Notes under the pieces: model-generated
Databases searched by the model: none
The model's input: the letters and a program-made list of their open reading frames with translations, nothing else
Told to the model about the DNA's origin: nothing
DNA from: Longimicrobiales bacterium
Lineage (GTDB): Bacteria; Gemmatimonadota; Gemmatimonadetes; Longimicrobiales; Gaopeijiaceae
DNA: 64,000 bases
Assembly (NCBI GenBank): GCA_965218295.1
Contig: CBDCKN010000005.1
Span: 40,253-104,252 of the forward strand
Direction of reading: 5' to 3'
Shown: piece after piece, positions 8,597 through 19,453 of the stretch
Numbering within the stretch: the stretch's first letter is position 1
Layout: every line of letters starts with the position of its first letter
Made by a program: the position numbers and the translations under genes

Positions 8597-11350
8597 CTAG
8601 TTGCCACCCTCCTGGGAGAGGCGCTGGAGAAGGGCCTTGAGCTCGTCCAGGGCGATGCCGAATCCCTGGAAATCTCCCGCACCAAGCCTAGCCTCGGCGT
8701 CCTCCAGTAGGGCGAGAGCTTCGGCCGGCCACCGGTCCCTGTCCACTGAAGGCAGGTCCACGCCCACCAGGGTGGGCTCTATGAGGGGTGGCGTGTCGCC
8801 GGACATGGACGCCAAGGTCTGGATGGACTGCTCCAGCGTTTCCTCCATTGACACACGCCGCCCGTCGCTGACCACGAAACGGCGGAGCTCGGGGATGGCA
8901 TCCGCCTCGGCCGCCAGGAAGACGGGCTCCATGTACAGGAGGGCCTCACCCACGGGAACCAGGTGCAGGTGTCCCGTCCACACCTGGCTGCCGCCCGTTC
9001 GCCAGAGGGAGAACTGCTGAGAGATGACCGGATCCTGCTCGATGAGAGCCTCCACCTGGCGGGGACCCGGGGCCTGATCCTCAACGGGGACGTCGAAGAG
9101 AATGAGCTCTCCGTAACGATCCGGATCACTCCGGGCCACCAGGATGGCCGTCAGATTCTGCCGACCACGCGGCACGAACACCGAGGTGAGGAGGAAGCCA
9201 GCCTCCGACTCACCGGGCAAACGGTAGATCCCGTACTCGGCCCGGTACGGCACCGGCGTGGTCCCTTGGGCGAGCTCCTGCGGGAGCTCCCAGACGTCCT
9301 GCTGGCCGTGGAAGACCGGCGCGCTGTCCTGATGGTATCGGTTGAGGACTCGCGCCTGGAGGTCCAGCATGGTCCGCGAGTAGCGGATGTGGCGGAGGAG
9401 GCCCTCTGGCATTTCGTCGATGGGCCTGAAGAGCGTGGGGAAGCCCTGCCGGTAGGCTTGGAGCAACCGATCGCTTTCATCGACCACGTAGAAAGTCACC
9501 TCGCCGGTAACCCCGTCCACCGTAACCTTCACGCTGTTTCGAGCGTACCGGACCGGCCGACCGGCCTCAAGGTTGTGGGTGGTCGAGAGGGGGAACCAGC
9601 GGGTGCCGGTGAATCCCTCGAGGATCCAGACGATGGCCCCATCGTGAATGACGGGATAGGGATCGTCGGGGTAGCGCAGGAGCGGCCCCGAGATCCTGAG
9701 CACCCGGCTCAAGACGTCTCGCCGGAACAGGAACCGGCTGGTGTTGGTCACCTCGGAGGCGAACAGGAGGTTGGCGTCCCTGGCTTGCCATGCCAGCGCC
9801 AGCGTTCTCAGGAGGGAGCTGAGCTCGATCCCCCTTGGAAAGTCGATACCGGGTCGAGCGGGACCCCCATCGGGCGCCGTCCGCTGATCGGGATCCACGA
9901 TGGCAAAGCCCTGTCTCCGGGTCCCGACGTAGACTTCAGGCCGCGTGAGGCGTAAGCCCTCGGGCGCGATCCCGCTCTCGCTGAATTCCGGAGGAATGCC
10001 GGACACGAACATGAGAGGCCGACCCTGGGGTGTCCGGGACCCTGCCGCAATCGCCACGGCACCCATGCCCTGGATGTAGAGGCTGCGTAGGTGGACGTTC
10101 TGCCAGTTGGGGTCCTGAATGCCCCGTGGCAGGATCTCGCGAACCGCGAGGACAACGGGGACCGGGCCCTCGGCGCTCTCGTAGCGGTCCACGGTCACGC
10201 CCGAGAAGTCGTAGTAGGGGAACCGTGCCTCGAGCTCTCGGAATGTCGTGAGCAGAGCTCGGGAGCTCCACACGGGCAGTCCGCTGAACTGCGCCCTCGC
10301 TGCCTGCCAGTCCACGTCGACCTCTTGCTCATACTCGAACTCCCGTCTTTCGAGCTCCGTGAGGTCGAAGCCGAGTCGGGTGAAGCGGATGTTGTGCTCG
10401 ATGAACGACGTTTCGCGCTCGAGCTCGTTGGGTTCCACCCGGAAGCGTTGGATGAAGGACGGGTAGGCCTGGCCGACCACCAGCGCCCCCACGACCAGGG
10501 CCCCGACGGTGGCGGCGGCCGGGAGGATGCGTCCCTTCAGGCCACTCCACACGGTCCCGATGCCCGCGAACACGGCGAGCAGCGTCAGGATCCGCAGGGC
10601 CGGGAGGCGGGCGGTGGCGTCCGCGTAGCCGAAGATGCTTTGGACGCCGGAGGTCCCGTCGAGCAGCAGGAGGTATCGCCCTAGCCAGAAGCGGATGGCC
10701 AGAAGCACGAAGAACGAGGCAACGACGATCGTCAGGTGCGTGCGAGGTTGGCCCTCTATGTCGATCCGCCCGCGTCCCCACTGGAGCACGCCGGTGGCGG
10801 CGTAGCCCGCCGACGCGAGGGTGAACACGAGGAACGCCACAACCATGCCGAAGGTCACTATGGCCCCGACGACGGGAAGAAGGATCACGTAGAACGTCAG
10901 GTCCTTGCCCAAGATGGGATCGACCATCCCCCAGACGGGAGCCTTGAGAAGGAAGAGGAGTTGGAGCCCGATGGCTCGGGGGATGGACGCTCCGAACCAC
11001 GCTCCCATGAGGGCCGAGATCAGGATGATTCCCCAGAAGACGTACGCCTCGGGGAGTTGCTCGGAGATCACCAGATCGCCCACCCGCCGCTTGATACGTA
11101 TGCCGCCCAACGTCCGTGCCACGATCCGGAGGTTGGCAAAGATGGCGATGGCCACCACCGTGGCTCCCGTGATGCGGGTGCCCCACTCCCATAGGATCCG
11201 CGTCCAAAAGACGGACGAGAAGCCGACGGCCTCGAACCAGAGGATCTCGACGTAGGCGCTGGCGCCGATCCGGCCGAGAAGCAACATCGCGAGGACGGCG
11301 GCGACGAAAGCCAGCAAGAGGCGTCCGCCTCGAAGGTCACCGAGCCTCAT
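8597..11350 (-). CDS. UPF0182 family membrane protein
   Basis: N-terminal TM helices, FRVEPNELERE, RNSVKVTVDG, IEQDPVISQQFSLW. Confidence 0.92.
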   Translation of the reverse strand: MRLGDLRGGRLLLAFVAAVLAMLLLGRIGASAYVEILWFEAVGFSSVFWTRILWEWGTRITGATVVAIAIFANLRIVARTLGGIRIKRRVGDLVISEQLPEAYVFWGIILISALMGAWFGASIPRAIGLQLLFLLKAPVWGMVDPILGKDLTFYVILLPVVGAIVTFGMVVAFLVFTLASAGYAATGVLQWGRGRIDIEGQPRTHLTIVVASFFVLLAIRFWLGRYLLLLDGTSGVQSIFGYADATARLPALRILTLLAVFAGIGTVWSGLKGRILPAAATVGALVVGALVVGQAYPSFIQRFRVEPNELERETSFIEHNIRFTRLGFDLTELERREFEYEQEVDVDWQAARAQFSGLPVWSSRALLTTFRELEARFPYYDFSGVTVDRYESAEGPVPVVLAVREILPRGIQDPNWQNVHLRSLYIQGMGAVAIAAGSRTPQGRPLMFVSGIPPEFSESGIAPEGLRLTRPEVYVGTRRQGFAIVDPDQRTAPDGGPARPGIDFPRGIELSSLLRTLALAWQARDANLLFASEVTNTSRFLFRRDVLSRVLRISGPLLRYPDDPYPVIHDGAIVWILEGFTGTRWFPLSTTHNLEAGRPVRYARNSVKVTVDGVTGEVTFYVVDESDRLLQAYRQGFPTLFRPIDEMPEGLLRHIRYSRTMLDLQARVLNRYHQDSAPVFHGQQDVWELPQELAQGTTPVPYRAEYGIYRLPGESEAGFLLTSVFVPRGRQNLTAILVARSDPDRYGELILFDVPVEDQAPGPRQVEALIEQDPVISQQFSLWRTGGSQVWTGHLHLVPVGEALLYMEPVFLAAEADAIPELRRFVVSDGRRVSMEETLEQSIQTLASMSGDTPPLIEPTLVGVDLPSVDRDRWPAEALALLEDAEARLGAGDFQGFGIALDELKALLQRLSQEGGN

Positions 11351-12725
11351 GTCCGACCTCCACGTTCTGTGTTCGCAGCCACGATTCGACCTCTTCCCTG
11401 ATGACGCGCAAGCCCTCCTCCGTTCGAGCCTCGTACCGGGCGACGATGACGGGCTGAGTGTTGGAGGCCCGGAGGAGCCCCCAGCCGTCGTCGAAGAGGA
11501 TGCGTGCCCCGTCTATGTCTATTACCTCGCGTCTCTTCTTGAAGTGCTCCTGGGCCGCCCGCACGAGCCTGAACTTGGACTCCTCGGCCACCTCGATGCG
11601 GAGCTCGGGCGTCGAAGCATACACCGGGAAATCCGACACCATCTCCGAGAGGCTACCTTCCGAGCGTGCGATAAGGTCCACAAGACGGCAGGCGTCGTAG
11701 GGAGCATCGTCGAACCCAAGATAGTCGTCAGCGAGGCAGATGTGACCGGACAACTCCCCGGCGACGAGCGCTCCGGTCTCTCGCATCTTCTCCTTGATGA
11801 GCGAATGGCCGGTTTTCCACATGATGGGCTCGCCGCCGGCCTTGGCGAACTCGTCGGGAAGGACCTGGGAGCACTTCACGTCAAAGATGAGCTTCTGGCC
11901 CGGTCCCCGCTTGCGAAGCACGTCGAGCCCCAGGAGGAGGAGGAGGATGTCTCCGCGCACGATCCGGCCCTTTTCGTCCACGGCGCCGATGCGATCGGCG
12001 TCGCCGTCGAAGCCGATCCCCACGTCCGCCCCCTCCCGTCGAACGGTGTCGATGAGATCCACCAGGTATTCGTCCACAGTGGGATCCGGGTGGTGGTTCG
12101 GGAACGTGCCGTCGGAATCGCAGTAGAGCGGCACTACCTGGGCCCCGATCTGTTGCAAGAGAGCGACGCCCACGAGCGATCCCGTGCCGTTCCCGCAGTC
12201 CAGAACCACCTTCACGGGACCGGGGAGGTCGAATCGCCCCGCCAGGTCGTCGATGTAGTGATCAAGGATGTCCACCCGCTCGGCGCTGCCTCTCCCCTCC
12301 TCCGCCCCGTCCTCTCCGTCCACGATACGGCGCTTAAGGTCCTGGATGGCCTCTCCGTACACGGAGGCGGCCTGCAGCGTCATCTTGATCCCGTTCCACT
12401 CCGGCGGATTATGTGATCCGGTGATCTGGATGGCGCCGTCGGTGGAGAGAGTCCTCTCGGCCCAGTAGAGCGTGGGCGTGGGCACCGTCCCCACGTCGAC
12501 CACATCGGCTCCCGAGCCCGTGAGGCCACGGATCAAGCCGGCCACCAGATCCGGGGACGAGGGCCGGTTGTCGCAGCCCACCGCGATTCGTGGAGGGCTC
12601 CCAAGACACTCACGGGCCATGGTCCCATACGCCCGGCCAACGCCCTCGGAGACCTCCGGCGTGAGCTCTGTGGCTGCGAGACCCCGGATATCGTACTGCC
12701 GGAAGATGTGATCGGAGGTAAACAC
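11337..12725 (-). CDS. phosphomannomutase/phosphoglucomutase
   Basis: FRQYDIRG, ITGSHNP, FDGDADR, RASNTQP; GTG start at 12725 inferred. Confidence 0.93.
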   Translation of the reverse strand: MFTSDHIFRQYDIRGLAATELTPEVSEGVGRAYGTMARECLGSPPRIAVGCDNRPSSPDLVAGLIRGLTGSGADVVDVGTVPTPTLYWAERTLSTDGAIQITGSHNPPEWNGIKMTLQAASVYGEAIQDLKRRIVDGEDGAEEGRGSAERVDILDHYIDDLAGRFDLPGPVKVVLDCGNGTGSLVGVALLQQIGAQVVPLYCDSDGTFPNHHPDPTVDEYLVDLIDTVRREGADVGIGFDGDADRIGAVDEKGRIVRGDILLLLLGLDVLRKRGPGQKLIFDVKCSQVLPDEFAKAGGEPIMWKTGHSLIKEKMRETGALVAGELSGHICLADDYLGFDDAPYDACRLVDLIARSEGSLSEMVSDFPVYASTPELRIEVAEESKFRLVRAAQEHFKKRREVIDIDGARILFDDGWGLLRASNTQPVIVARYEARTEEGLRVIREEVESWLRTQNVEVGHEAR

Positions 12726-12732
12726 GTAGCTT

Positions 12733-14241
12733 CTATGGCGCCAGGCCGACGAGCCCCTGCCCGACGGCTGAGAGCCCCTGCACACTCGACCGGGCGAACT
12801 CGACGGTACCCCCCGGGAAGACACCCAGGTAGAGCACCAGGACCACGCCGACGACCAGAGCCAGCCGCATCGCCAGGGGCACCGAGATCCCCTCGTGGGT
12901 GTCTTCGGCAGGGGCCTCCCGCATCCACATGAACCACGCCACCCGCAGGTAGTACCAGTACGAGACGAGCGTTGTCAGTACCAGGGTGACGGACAGGTAG
13001 ACCAGATCGGCCTCCATGGCCCCTTGGAGCAGGAAGATCTTCGCCATGAACCCTCCCGTACCCGGGAAGCCCGCGAGGGACAGCAGGAAGACGGAGAGGA
13101 AGACCCCGAGCACCGGCTGCTGCCAACCGAAGCCTGCGTAGTCCTCGATCTGCTGGCGCTCCTCGCTTTGGCGGGACACCAGGACCACCACTCCGAACGC
13201 ACCGATGTTCATGAGGGTGTAGACCAGCAGGTAGAAGAGGAGGCCCGCCGCGGCCGTCTCGTTCGCCGCCACGATCGCCACCATGAGGTAGCCGGCGTGG
13301 GCGATTCCCGAGTATGCCAGCATGCGCTTCACGCTCACCTGCACGAGGGCAATGAGGTTCGCGACGATCATGGTAATGACCGCCAGCCACCAAAGGATGG
13401 CCCACCAGCTCTCGTAGGCACCCTCGAACGCGACTGAGAACACCCTCAGGAAGGCCACGAACGCCCCCGCCTTCACGGCAACGGCCATAAATGCGGTGAC
13501 AGGTGTGGGAGCCCCCTCGTAGACGTCCGGAGTCCACATGTGAAACGGGACCGCCGAAACCTTGAACGCGAAGCCCACGGCAAGGAGGGCGATTCCGAAG
13601 CCAAGGAGGGCTCCATGGGCACTGCCGCTCGCGACCACATCCGCGATACGGCCGATATGCGTGCTGCCCGCCGCCCCGTACACGAGGGCGATCCCATAGA
13701 GGAAGAACCCCGTAGAGAAGGCGCCCAGCATGAAGTACTTCAGGCCCGCTTCCGCCGACTTGCGATCGCGGCGGTTCATGGCCGTGAGGGCGTAGACGGC
13801 GATGGACATGATCTCCAGGCCTAGGAAAATCACGATGAGGTCCCGGGCCGCCGCCATGACCATCAGACCTACCGTCGAGTAAATGAGGAGCCCGTAGAAC
13901 TCTCCGGCCTGCAGCTCTTGCCGCTTGACGTAGGCCAGGGAGATGAGGATGGCGAGCCCCACGGCAGCGAGGAAGATCCAGTTGGCGAAGAGCGCAAACC
14001 GGTCCACGGCGATCATGGAGCCGGTGCCCACCTCCGACACTCCATAGAGCCAACCGTTCACCGAGGCCGCCACCAGCACTCCGATGAGAGACATCCAGCC
14101 CAGATCGGTGGCCGCGTCGGGATTCGTACGCTGCCGCCGGCTCACGCCCAGTATGAGGATCACCATGCCCCACACGGAGAGAACGAACTCTGGGGCCAGG
14201 GCGATCAGAAAGTGGGCCTGATTGCTGAAGTCGAGCTGCAT
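12733..14241 (-). CDS. nuoN: NADH-quinone oxidoreductase subunit N
   Basis: FKVSAVPFHMWTPDVYEGAP; start trimmed to MQLDFS. Confidence 0.96.
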   Translation of the reverse strand: MQLDFSNQAHFLIALAPEFVLSVWGMVILILGVSRRQRTNPDAATDLGWMSLIGVLVAASVNGWLYGVSEVGTGSMIAVDRFALFANWIFLAAVGLAILISLAYVKRQELQAGEFYGLLIYSTVGLMVMAAARDLIVIFLGLEIMSIAVYALTAMNRRDRKSAEAGLKYFMLGAFSTGFFLYGIALVYGAAGSTHIGRIADVVASGSAHGALLGFGIALLAVGFAFKVSAVPFHMWTPDVYEGAPTPVTAFMAVAVKAGAFVAFLRVFSVAFEGAYESWWAILWWLAVITMIVANLIALVQVSVKRMLAYSGIAHAGYLMVAIVAANETAAAGLLFYLLVYTLMNIGAFGVVVLVSRQSEERQQIEDYAGFGWQQPVLGVFLSVFLLSLAGFPGTGGFMAKIFLLQGAMEADLVYLSVTLVLTTLVSYWYYLRVAWFMWMREAPAEDTHEGISVPLAMRLALVVGVVLVLYLGVFPGGTVEFARSSVQGLSAVGQGLVGLAP

Positions 14242-14245
14242 ATGT

Positions 14246-15865
14246 CTAGTCCACTGCCGTGTCGGCGGTCTCGGTCTCGCGGGCCTCCGCGCGCATACCC
14301 ACGAATTCGATGGCGGGTAGCGTGAGGTCGCCACCGCCCACTGCCGAGGCTCCCTCTGGTGCGGCGGCCTCGACGCGCTCCAGCACCGCCTGCACGCTGG
14401 GCTCCATACGCCGCAGGAAGGGGGTGGGATACACACCGATCCAGATCATGAGAGCGATCATGGGGGCCAGAATGGTGATCTCCCGCCGGGACAGATCCTC
14501 GACCTTCCTGTTCTCCTCCTGGTCGAGCGCGTTGAAGAAGATGCGCTGGACCATAGGCAGCATGTAGTACGCTGCGAAGATCACTCCCATAGCCGCTAGG
14601 ACTCCCATCACGGGATGGTTCTCGAACGTACCCAGGAGCGCCAGGAACTCGCCGGGGAAGCCGCTCGTGCCCGGGAGGCCGATGGAGGCAAGCGCCGTAA
14701 TGACGAAGGCCGTGGCGAACCAGGGCGCCACGCGGCCCAGACCGCCGAAGTCCTCGATCGCCCGGGTGTGCCGGCGCTCATAGAGCATGCCGAGCAAGAG
14801 GAACAGGGCGCCCGTGGAGATCCCGTGGGAGATCATGACGAGCATCCCACCCTGGAGGCCGTTGATGCTGAGGGCGAAGATCCCGATGACCACAAAGCCC
14901 ATGTGGGCCACGGAGGTGTACGCCACGAGCTTCTTGGCGTCGGGCTGCACCGCCGCTACCCAGGCCGCGTAGATGATTCCCACCACGCCCAGGGTCAGCA
15001 TCGTCATGATCACAGTGGGGTGTTGGGAGGCCACCGGGAAGAAGGGCAGCAGGAACCGCACGAACCCGTAGGTTCCCATCTTCAGGAGGACCGCGGCCAG
15101 CACGACCGAGCCCGGCATGGGAGCCTCGACGTGCGCATCGGGAAGCCAGGTGTGGAACGGGAAGAGCGGCACCTTGATGGCGAAGGCCAGGGCGAATGCC
15201 GAGAAGAGCCAGAGCTGCTCCGCGGGAGACAGCGGAACCTGCAGCAGGTCCAGGAACGCGAACGAGGCCACGCCCATAAGCGTCTTCGCCCGGAAATACA
15301 GATACAGGATCGCCACCAGCATGAGAAGCGATCCGAAGGCGGTGAACAGGAAGAACTTCACCGCCGCATAGACCCTGCGCTCGCCCCCCCAGATGCCCAC
15401 GATGAAGTACATGGGGACCAGGGTGAGCTCGAAGAAGACGTAGAAGAGGAAGAGATCCACCGCGGCGAAGACACCCACGACCCCGACCTCCAGGAGGAGC
15501 ATCAGGGCGTAAAAGGCCTTCTCCTTCTTCTTGATGTAGTTGAAGGACCCCAGGATGGCGAGCGGCGTCGTAAATGTCGTCAGCAGCACCATGAACAAGC
15601 TGATGCCGTCGAGTCCCAGGGCGTAGCTCACACCCCACTGGCCGATCCACGGCCGGCTGCTCGTGAGCTGATATCCGCCGGCGCCTATCGTCGGATCGTA
15701 CGCCCACCAGAGTCCCAGGCTCAGGACGAAGACCGCTACGCTCCACCAAAGGGCCAGGTGCTTAGCCCGCTTCTCAGGGGCCCACAGCACGTGGACCATC
15801 CCCACCAGGGGCAGCCAGATGAGCGCGTGAAGCGCCCAGCTATCGTAGGAGAGCGCGTCTAACAT
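14246..15865 (-). CDS. nuoM: NADH-quinone oxidoreductase subunit M
   Basis: KVPLFPFHTWLPDAHVEAP, LLKMGTYG. Confidence 0.97.
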   Translation of the reverse strand: MLDALSYDSWALHALIWLPLVGMVHVLWAPEKRAKHLALWWSVAVFVLSLGLWWAYDPTIGAGGYQLTSSRPWIGQWGVSYALGLDGISLFMVLLTTFTTPLAILGSFNYIKKKEKAFYALMLLLEVGVVGVFAAVDLFLFYVFFELTLVPMYFIVGIWGGERRVYAAVKFFLFTAFGSLLMLVAILYLYFRAKTLMGVASFAFLDLLQVPLSPAEQLWLFSAFALAFAIKVPLFPFHTWLPDAHVEAPMPGSVVLAAVLLKMGTYGFVRFLLPFFPVASQHPTVIMTMLTLGVVGIIYAAWVAAVQPDAKKLVAYTSVAHMGFVVIGIFALSINGLQGGMLVMISHGISTGALFLLLGMLYERRHTRAIEDFGGLGRVAPWFATAFVITALASIGLPGTSGFPGEFLALLGTFENHPVMGVLAAMGVIFAAYYMLPMVQRIFFNALDQEENRKVEDLSRREITILAPMIALMIWIGVYPTPFLRRMEPSVQAVLERVEAAAPEGASAVGGGDLTLPAIEFVGMRAEARETETADTAVD

Positions 15866-15881
15866 GCCACCGTCCTATCCA

Positions 15882-18038
15882 TTAGAAGGCTACCATTCCG
15901 AGGATCACTAAAACCCCAACTGTGAAGACGAATGCGTACGTGTTCACTTGGCCGGTCTGGAAGAGGCTACCGACCCAACCCAGAGCTCGCGCCCCGTTCC
16001 CGACCAGATTGACGAATCCGTCGATGATGCGCGCGTCGATGACGCGCCACGAGAACCTGGACAGGGCCTGGATCGGGCGGACCGCGATGCGATCGTACAG
16101 CTCGTCCACATACCACTTGTTGTAGAGAATGCCGGCGAAGCCCGTGGGCGCCGCGTCTTCCGTAGCGACCGTGACGTCCTTGGGGATCAGCAGCCGGATC
16201 GTGGCTATGACGACGATGAAGGCGGCCACGGTGGAGATGAGCCCCCAGGCCACCTCGCCTCCCCCGAAGGGCGCCGAGTGGGCGATCCCGCCCAGATGAG
16301 TCTCCTGGACGCGGTGGGCGGCCTCCGTCACGGGCTCGAGCCAGTGGTGCAGCGATTCGGACATGGGAAGGATGCCGAAACCGCCCAGGAACGACCCCTG
16401 AAGGTCCTCGGATACGTTGACCCAGCCGCCGACCACCGACAATGCCGCCAGGATGGCCAGCGGGATCCACATGGTCTTGGGGGCCTCATTCAGATGCCGG
16501 GCCTCTTCCGTCCCGGTCCTGTTGGTGCCGTGGAAGGTCATGACCATGAGGCGCGTCATGTAGAACGCGGTGAGCATGGCCGTCGCCAACGCCATCACCC
16601 AGCAGACCGTATATAGGCCGGCATAGGGAGCGTTCTCCGCCCCGGCCATGGCGCCGGTCATCCAGATGATCTCGTCCTTGCTGAAGAACCCGGCGAAGGG
16701 CCAGATCCCGGCGATGGCCAGGGTGGCGAGCCACATGGTGACCCACGTGATGGGCATGTATCGCCTGAGCCCACCCATGTTGCGCATGTCCTGGGCGTCC
16801 CAGTCCTTGTGGGTGTGGTGCAGGGCGTGGTGTATGGAGTGGATCACCGCGCCGGAGCCCAAGAAGAGGAGCGCCTTGAAGAAGGCGTGGGTCATGAGGT
16901 GGAACACGCCGGCCGTGTAGGCCCCTACCCCGACTCCCAGGAACATGTAGCCGAGCTGGGACACGGTGGAGTACGCCAGCACCCGCTTGATGTCGTATTG
17001 CTTGAGCGCGATCGTCGCTGCGAAGAGGGCGGTAAGCACGCCTATTCCGGCCACCGCCGCGCTGCTGAGGGGCGCCAGAGCGAAAAGGAGCGACGATCGC
17101 GCGACCAGGTAGACGCCCGCCGTCACCATGGTGGCGGCGTGGATCAGGGCGGAGACGGGCGTCGGGCCCCACATGGCGTCGGGCAGCCAGATGTAGAGCG
17201 GGATCTGCGCGCTCTTCCCGGTGGCCGCCACGAGGAAGAAGAGAGTCACCACGGTGACGAGCGGTCCGCCGTACTCGAAGACGTCCTCGGCCCCTCCGAA
17301 AACGTCCACGAAGTCCATCGATCCGAAGGCCACGAACAACAGGAAGATGGCCAATAGGAATCCCAGGTCCCCGATCCGGTTGACGATGAACGCCTTCTTC
17401 CCCGCCGACGCCTTCTCTTCGTCGCTGAACCAGTAGCCGATGAGCAGGTAGGAACAGAGCCCGACGCCCTCCCAGCCCACGAACATGACCGCATAGCTCG
17501 ATCCCATGACCAGGATCAGCATGAAAAAGACGAAGAGATTCAGATAGGCGAAGTACCGGGGGTAGCCCGGGTCGTCCTGCATGTACCCGACGCTGAACAC
17601 GTGGATCAGGAAGCCGACACCGGTGATGACCAGCATCATGACCATGGCGAGCTGGTCGAGCTGGATGGCAGCGGCGACCTCGAAGCTGCCCGTGACGATC
17701 CAAGTCCAGTAGCTGCGGACGACGGGCTCGTGGATCTCGGCTCCCAGCATCCCCACGAAGTTTACCACCGTGAGGAGGAAGGCCAGGCCCATCACGCCGG
17801 GGCCGATCCAGGTGGGCCAGCTGTGGGTCCTGGGACGGCCACCCCCAAGGAAGTCGTGCTCGCCCCCGGCTCGTACGGCGTCGGCGGAGATCCGCGCCGC
17901 AGACAGCGCCAGGGCTCCGTTGATCAGAAAGCCCACGAGCGGCAGCAGGATGATGAGCCCAGGCAGGACGGGCTCCCAGGCTCCGTGGGCCTCCGCGCCC
18001 TCCACCGCCTGAATCAGGTAGAGTCCGAGATTCGTCAA
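15882..18038 (-). CDS. nuoL: NADH-quinone oxidoreductase subunit L
   Basis: GKSAQIPLYIWLPDAM, HAFFKALLFL, NKWYVDELY. Confidence 0.97.
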   Translation of the reverse strand: MTNLGLYLIQAVEGAEAHGAWEPVLPGLIILLPLVGFLINGALALSAARISADAVRAGGEHDFLGGGRPRTHSWPTWIGPGVMGLAFLLTVVNFVGMLGAEIHEPVVRSYWTWIVTGSFEVAAAIQLDQLAMVMMLVITGVGFLIHVFSVGYMQDDPGYPRYFAYLNLFVFFMLILVMGSSYAVMFVGWEGVGLCSYLLIGYWFSDEEKASAGKKAFIVNRIGDLGFLLAIFLLFVAFGSMDFVDVFGGAEDVFEYGGPLVTVVTLFFLVAATGKSAQIPLYIWLPDAMWGPTPVSALIHAATMVTAGVYLVARSSLLFALAPLSSAAVAGIGVLTALFAATIALKQYDIKRVLAYSTVSQLGYMFLGVGVGAYTAGVFHLMTHAFFKALLFLGSGAVIHSIHHALHHTHKDWDAQDMRNMGGLRRYMPITWVTMWLATLAIAGIWPFAGFFSKDEIIWMTGAMAGAENAPYAGLYTVCWVMALATAMLTAFYMTRLMVMTFHGTNRTGTEEARHLNEAPKTMWIPLAILAALSVVGGWVNVSEDLQGSFLGGFGILPMSESLHHWLEPVTEAAHRVQETHLGGIAHSAPFGGGEVAWGLISTVAAFIVVIATIRLLIPKDVTVATEDAAPTGFAGILYNKWYVDELYDRIAVRPIQALSRFSWRVIDARIIDGFVNLVGNGARALGWVGSLFQTGQVNTYAFVFTVGVLVILGMVAF

Positions 18039-18042
18039 GACG

Positions 18043-18351
18043 CTACCATTTGAGCAGGTTGAAGTTGTCCACGTTCGCCGTCTCGTAGTGCCGGAAGATC
18101 GAGATGATGATGGCCAGCCCGACGGCCGCCTCGGCCGCCGCCACCGTCATCACGAAGAAGACGAAGAGCTGGCCCTCGATTCCCACGTATCGGGAGAGGG
18201 CCACGAAGGTCAGGTTCACGGCGTTGAGCTGAAGCTCGATGCACAGGAACATGATTATGACGTTGCGGCGCACGATGACGCCCATGGTCCCGATGACGAA
18301 GATCAGGGCCGAGAGGACCAGGGACTCGGCGAGCATGTCGGTCCCCATCAC
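18043..18351 (-). CDS. nuoK: NADH-quinone oxidoreductase subunit K
   Basis: [18 protein letters not shown]. Confidence 0.96.
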   Translation of the reverse strand: MMGTDMLAESLVLSALIFVIGTMGVIVRRNVIIMFLCIELQLNAVNLTFVALSRYVGIEGQLFVFFVMTVAAAEAAVGLAIIISIFRHYETANVDNFNLLKW

Positions 18352-18869
18352 ACCCCCTTCTTGGCCAGGACGATGGCGCCTACGATGGCCACGAGGAGCA
18401 GGATTCCCGTGAGCTCGAAGGGGACCACGTAGTCCGTGAAGAGAGGCCGGGCGATGGCGCCCACCGCCCCGTACTCCAACAGAGCCGCGTCGATGGCGTC
18501 TGCCGCCCCGAGGCCGCTCTCCAGCCCGCCGGATCCGCTGCCGAGCTGCCTCGCCAGCAAGCCGCCCAGGCCTCCCGCCACGGCGAAGCCGAAGATCATG
18601 GCGATGCCGCCCCGGATATCACGCTGATAGTCGTGGCCCAGGTTCAGGAGCATGATGACGAAGAGGAAGAGGACCATGATGGCCCCGGCGTAGACCATGA
18701 TCTGGATGGCTGCCAGAAAGTGGGCCTCCAGGAGCACGAAGATGCCGGCGATGCTTGCGAGGCTGGCCACCATGAACATCAGGCTCGCTATGGGGCTTCG
18801 CCCCATCACCACGCCGAAAGCGCCCCCGACCGCTACGCCGGCGAATATGTAGAAGAGCAGATTAGCCAC
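18348..18869 (-). CDS. nuoJ: NADH-quinone oxidoreductase subunit J
   Basis: [30 protein letters not shown]. Confidence 0.96.
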   Translation of the reverse strand: MANLLFYIFAGVAVGGAFGVVMGRSPIASLMFMVASLASIAGIFVLLEAHFLAAIQIMVYAGAIMVLFLFVIMLLNLGHDYQRDIRGGIAMIFGFAVAGGLGGLLARQLGSGSGGLESGLGAADAIDAALLEYGAVGAIARPLFTDYVVPFELTGILLLVAIVGAIVLAKKGV

Positions 18870-18907
18870 GTCTATCGTCTTCGCACGGCGCCGACGTCAT
18901 GACTCCA

Positions 18908-19408
18908 TCACTCACTCTTCGGATCCTCGGGATCCCACAACAAGGTTACCGGGTGGTCCACCTCCATGAGGCGGTCCAGGTCGTAGACGAAGCGGTCCCG
19001 CGAGTACTCGGCGTTCTCGAAGTCACGGCCCATGTGGATGGCCTCCACGGGACATACCTCCTGGCACATTCCGCAGAAGATGCAGCGGAACTCGTCGATC
19101 TCGAAGACGATGGGATACCGGTTCCCCTGGTCGTCCTCGCCACCCACGAGGCGGATGCAGTTCGCGGGACAAACCGTGGGACAGAGCCCGCACGCCACGC
19201 ACTTTGGCCGCCCGTCGGCGTGGACCTCCATGCGGTGTGTGCCCCTCCACCTCGGGCTCAGCTCGGTCTGCACCTCGGGGTACTGCTGTGTCACCTTGTC
19301 CGGGTTCACCATGTGACGGAGCGTCACGGACATTCCCTTGAGGGCGGCCCTCAGATACGACGTGCGTCCCGGATCGGGCCTGCGGATGACCTTTACGGTT
19401 ACAGCCAT
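18908..19408 (-). CDS. nuoI: NADH-quinone oxidoreductase subunit I
   Basis: two CxxCxxCxxxCP motifs. Confidence 0.97.
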   Translation of the reverse strand: MAVTVKVIRRPDPGRTSYLRAALKGMSVTLRHMVNPDKVTQQYPEVQTELSPRWRGTHRMEVHADGRPKCVACGLCPTVCPANCIRLVGGEDDQGNRYPIVFEIDEFRCIFCGMCQEVCPVEAIHMGRDFENAEYSRDRFVYDLDRLMEVDHPVTLLWDPEDPKSE

Positions 19409-19453
19409 GTCGTTTCTCCAAAACGAGTTACGGTGGATGGTCTACCGTACATT

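Noticed and set aside
17165..17180. NuoL PDAMWGPTP and NuoM EAPMPGS motif variants as functional novelty
   Set aside because: Single substitutions cannot be interpreted without an alignment
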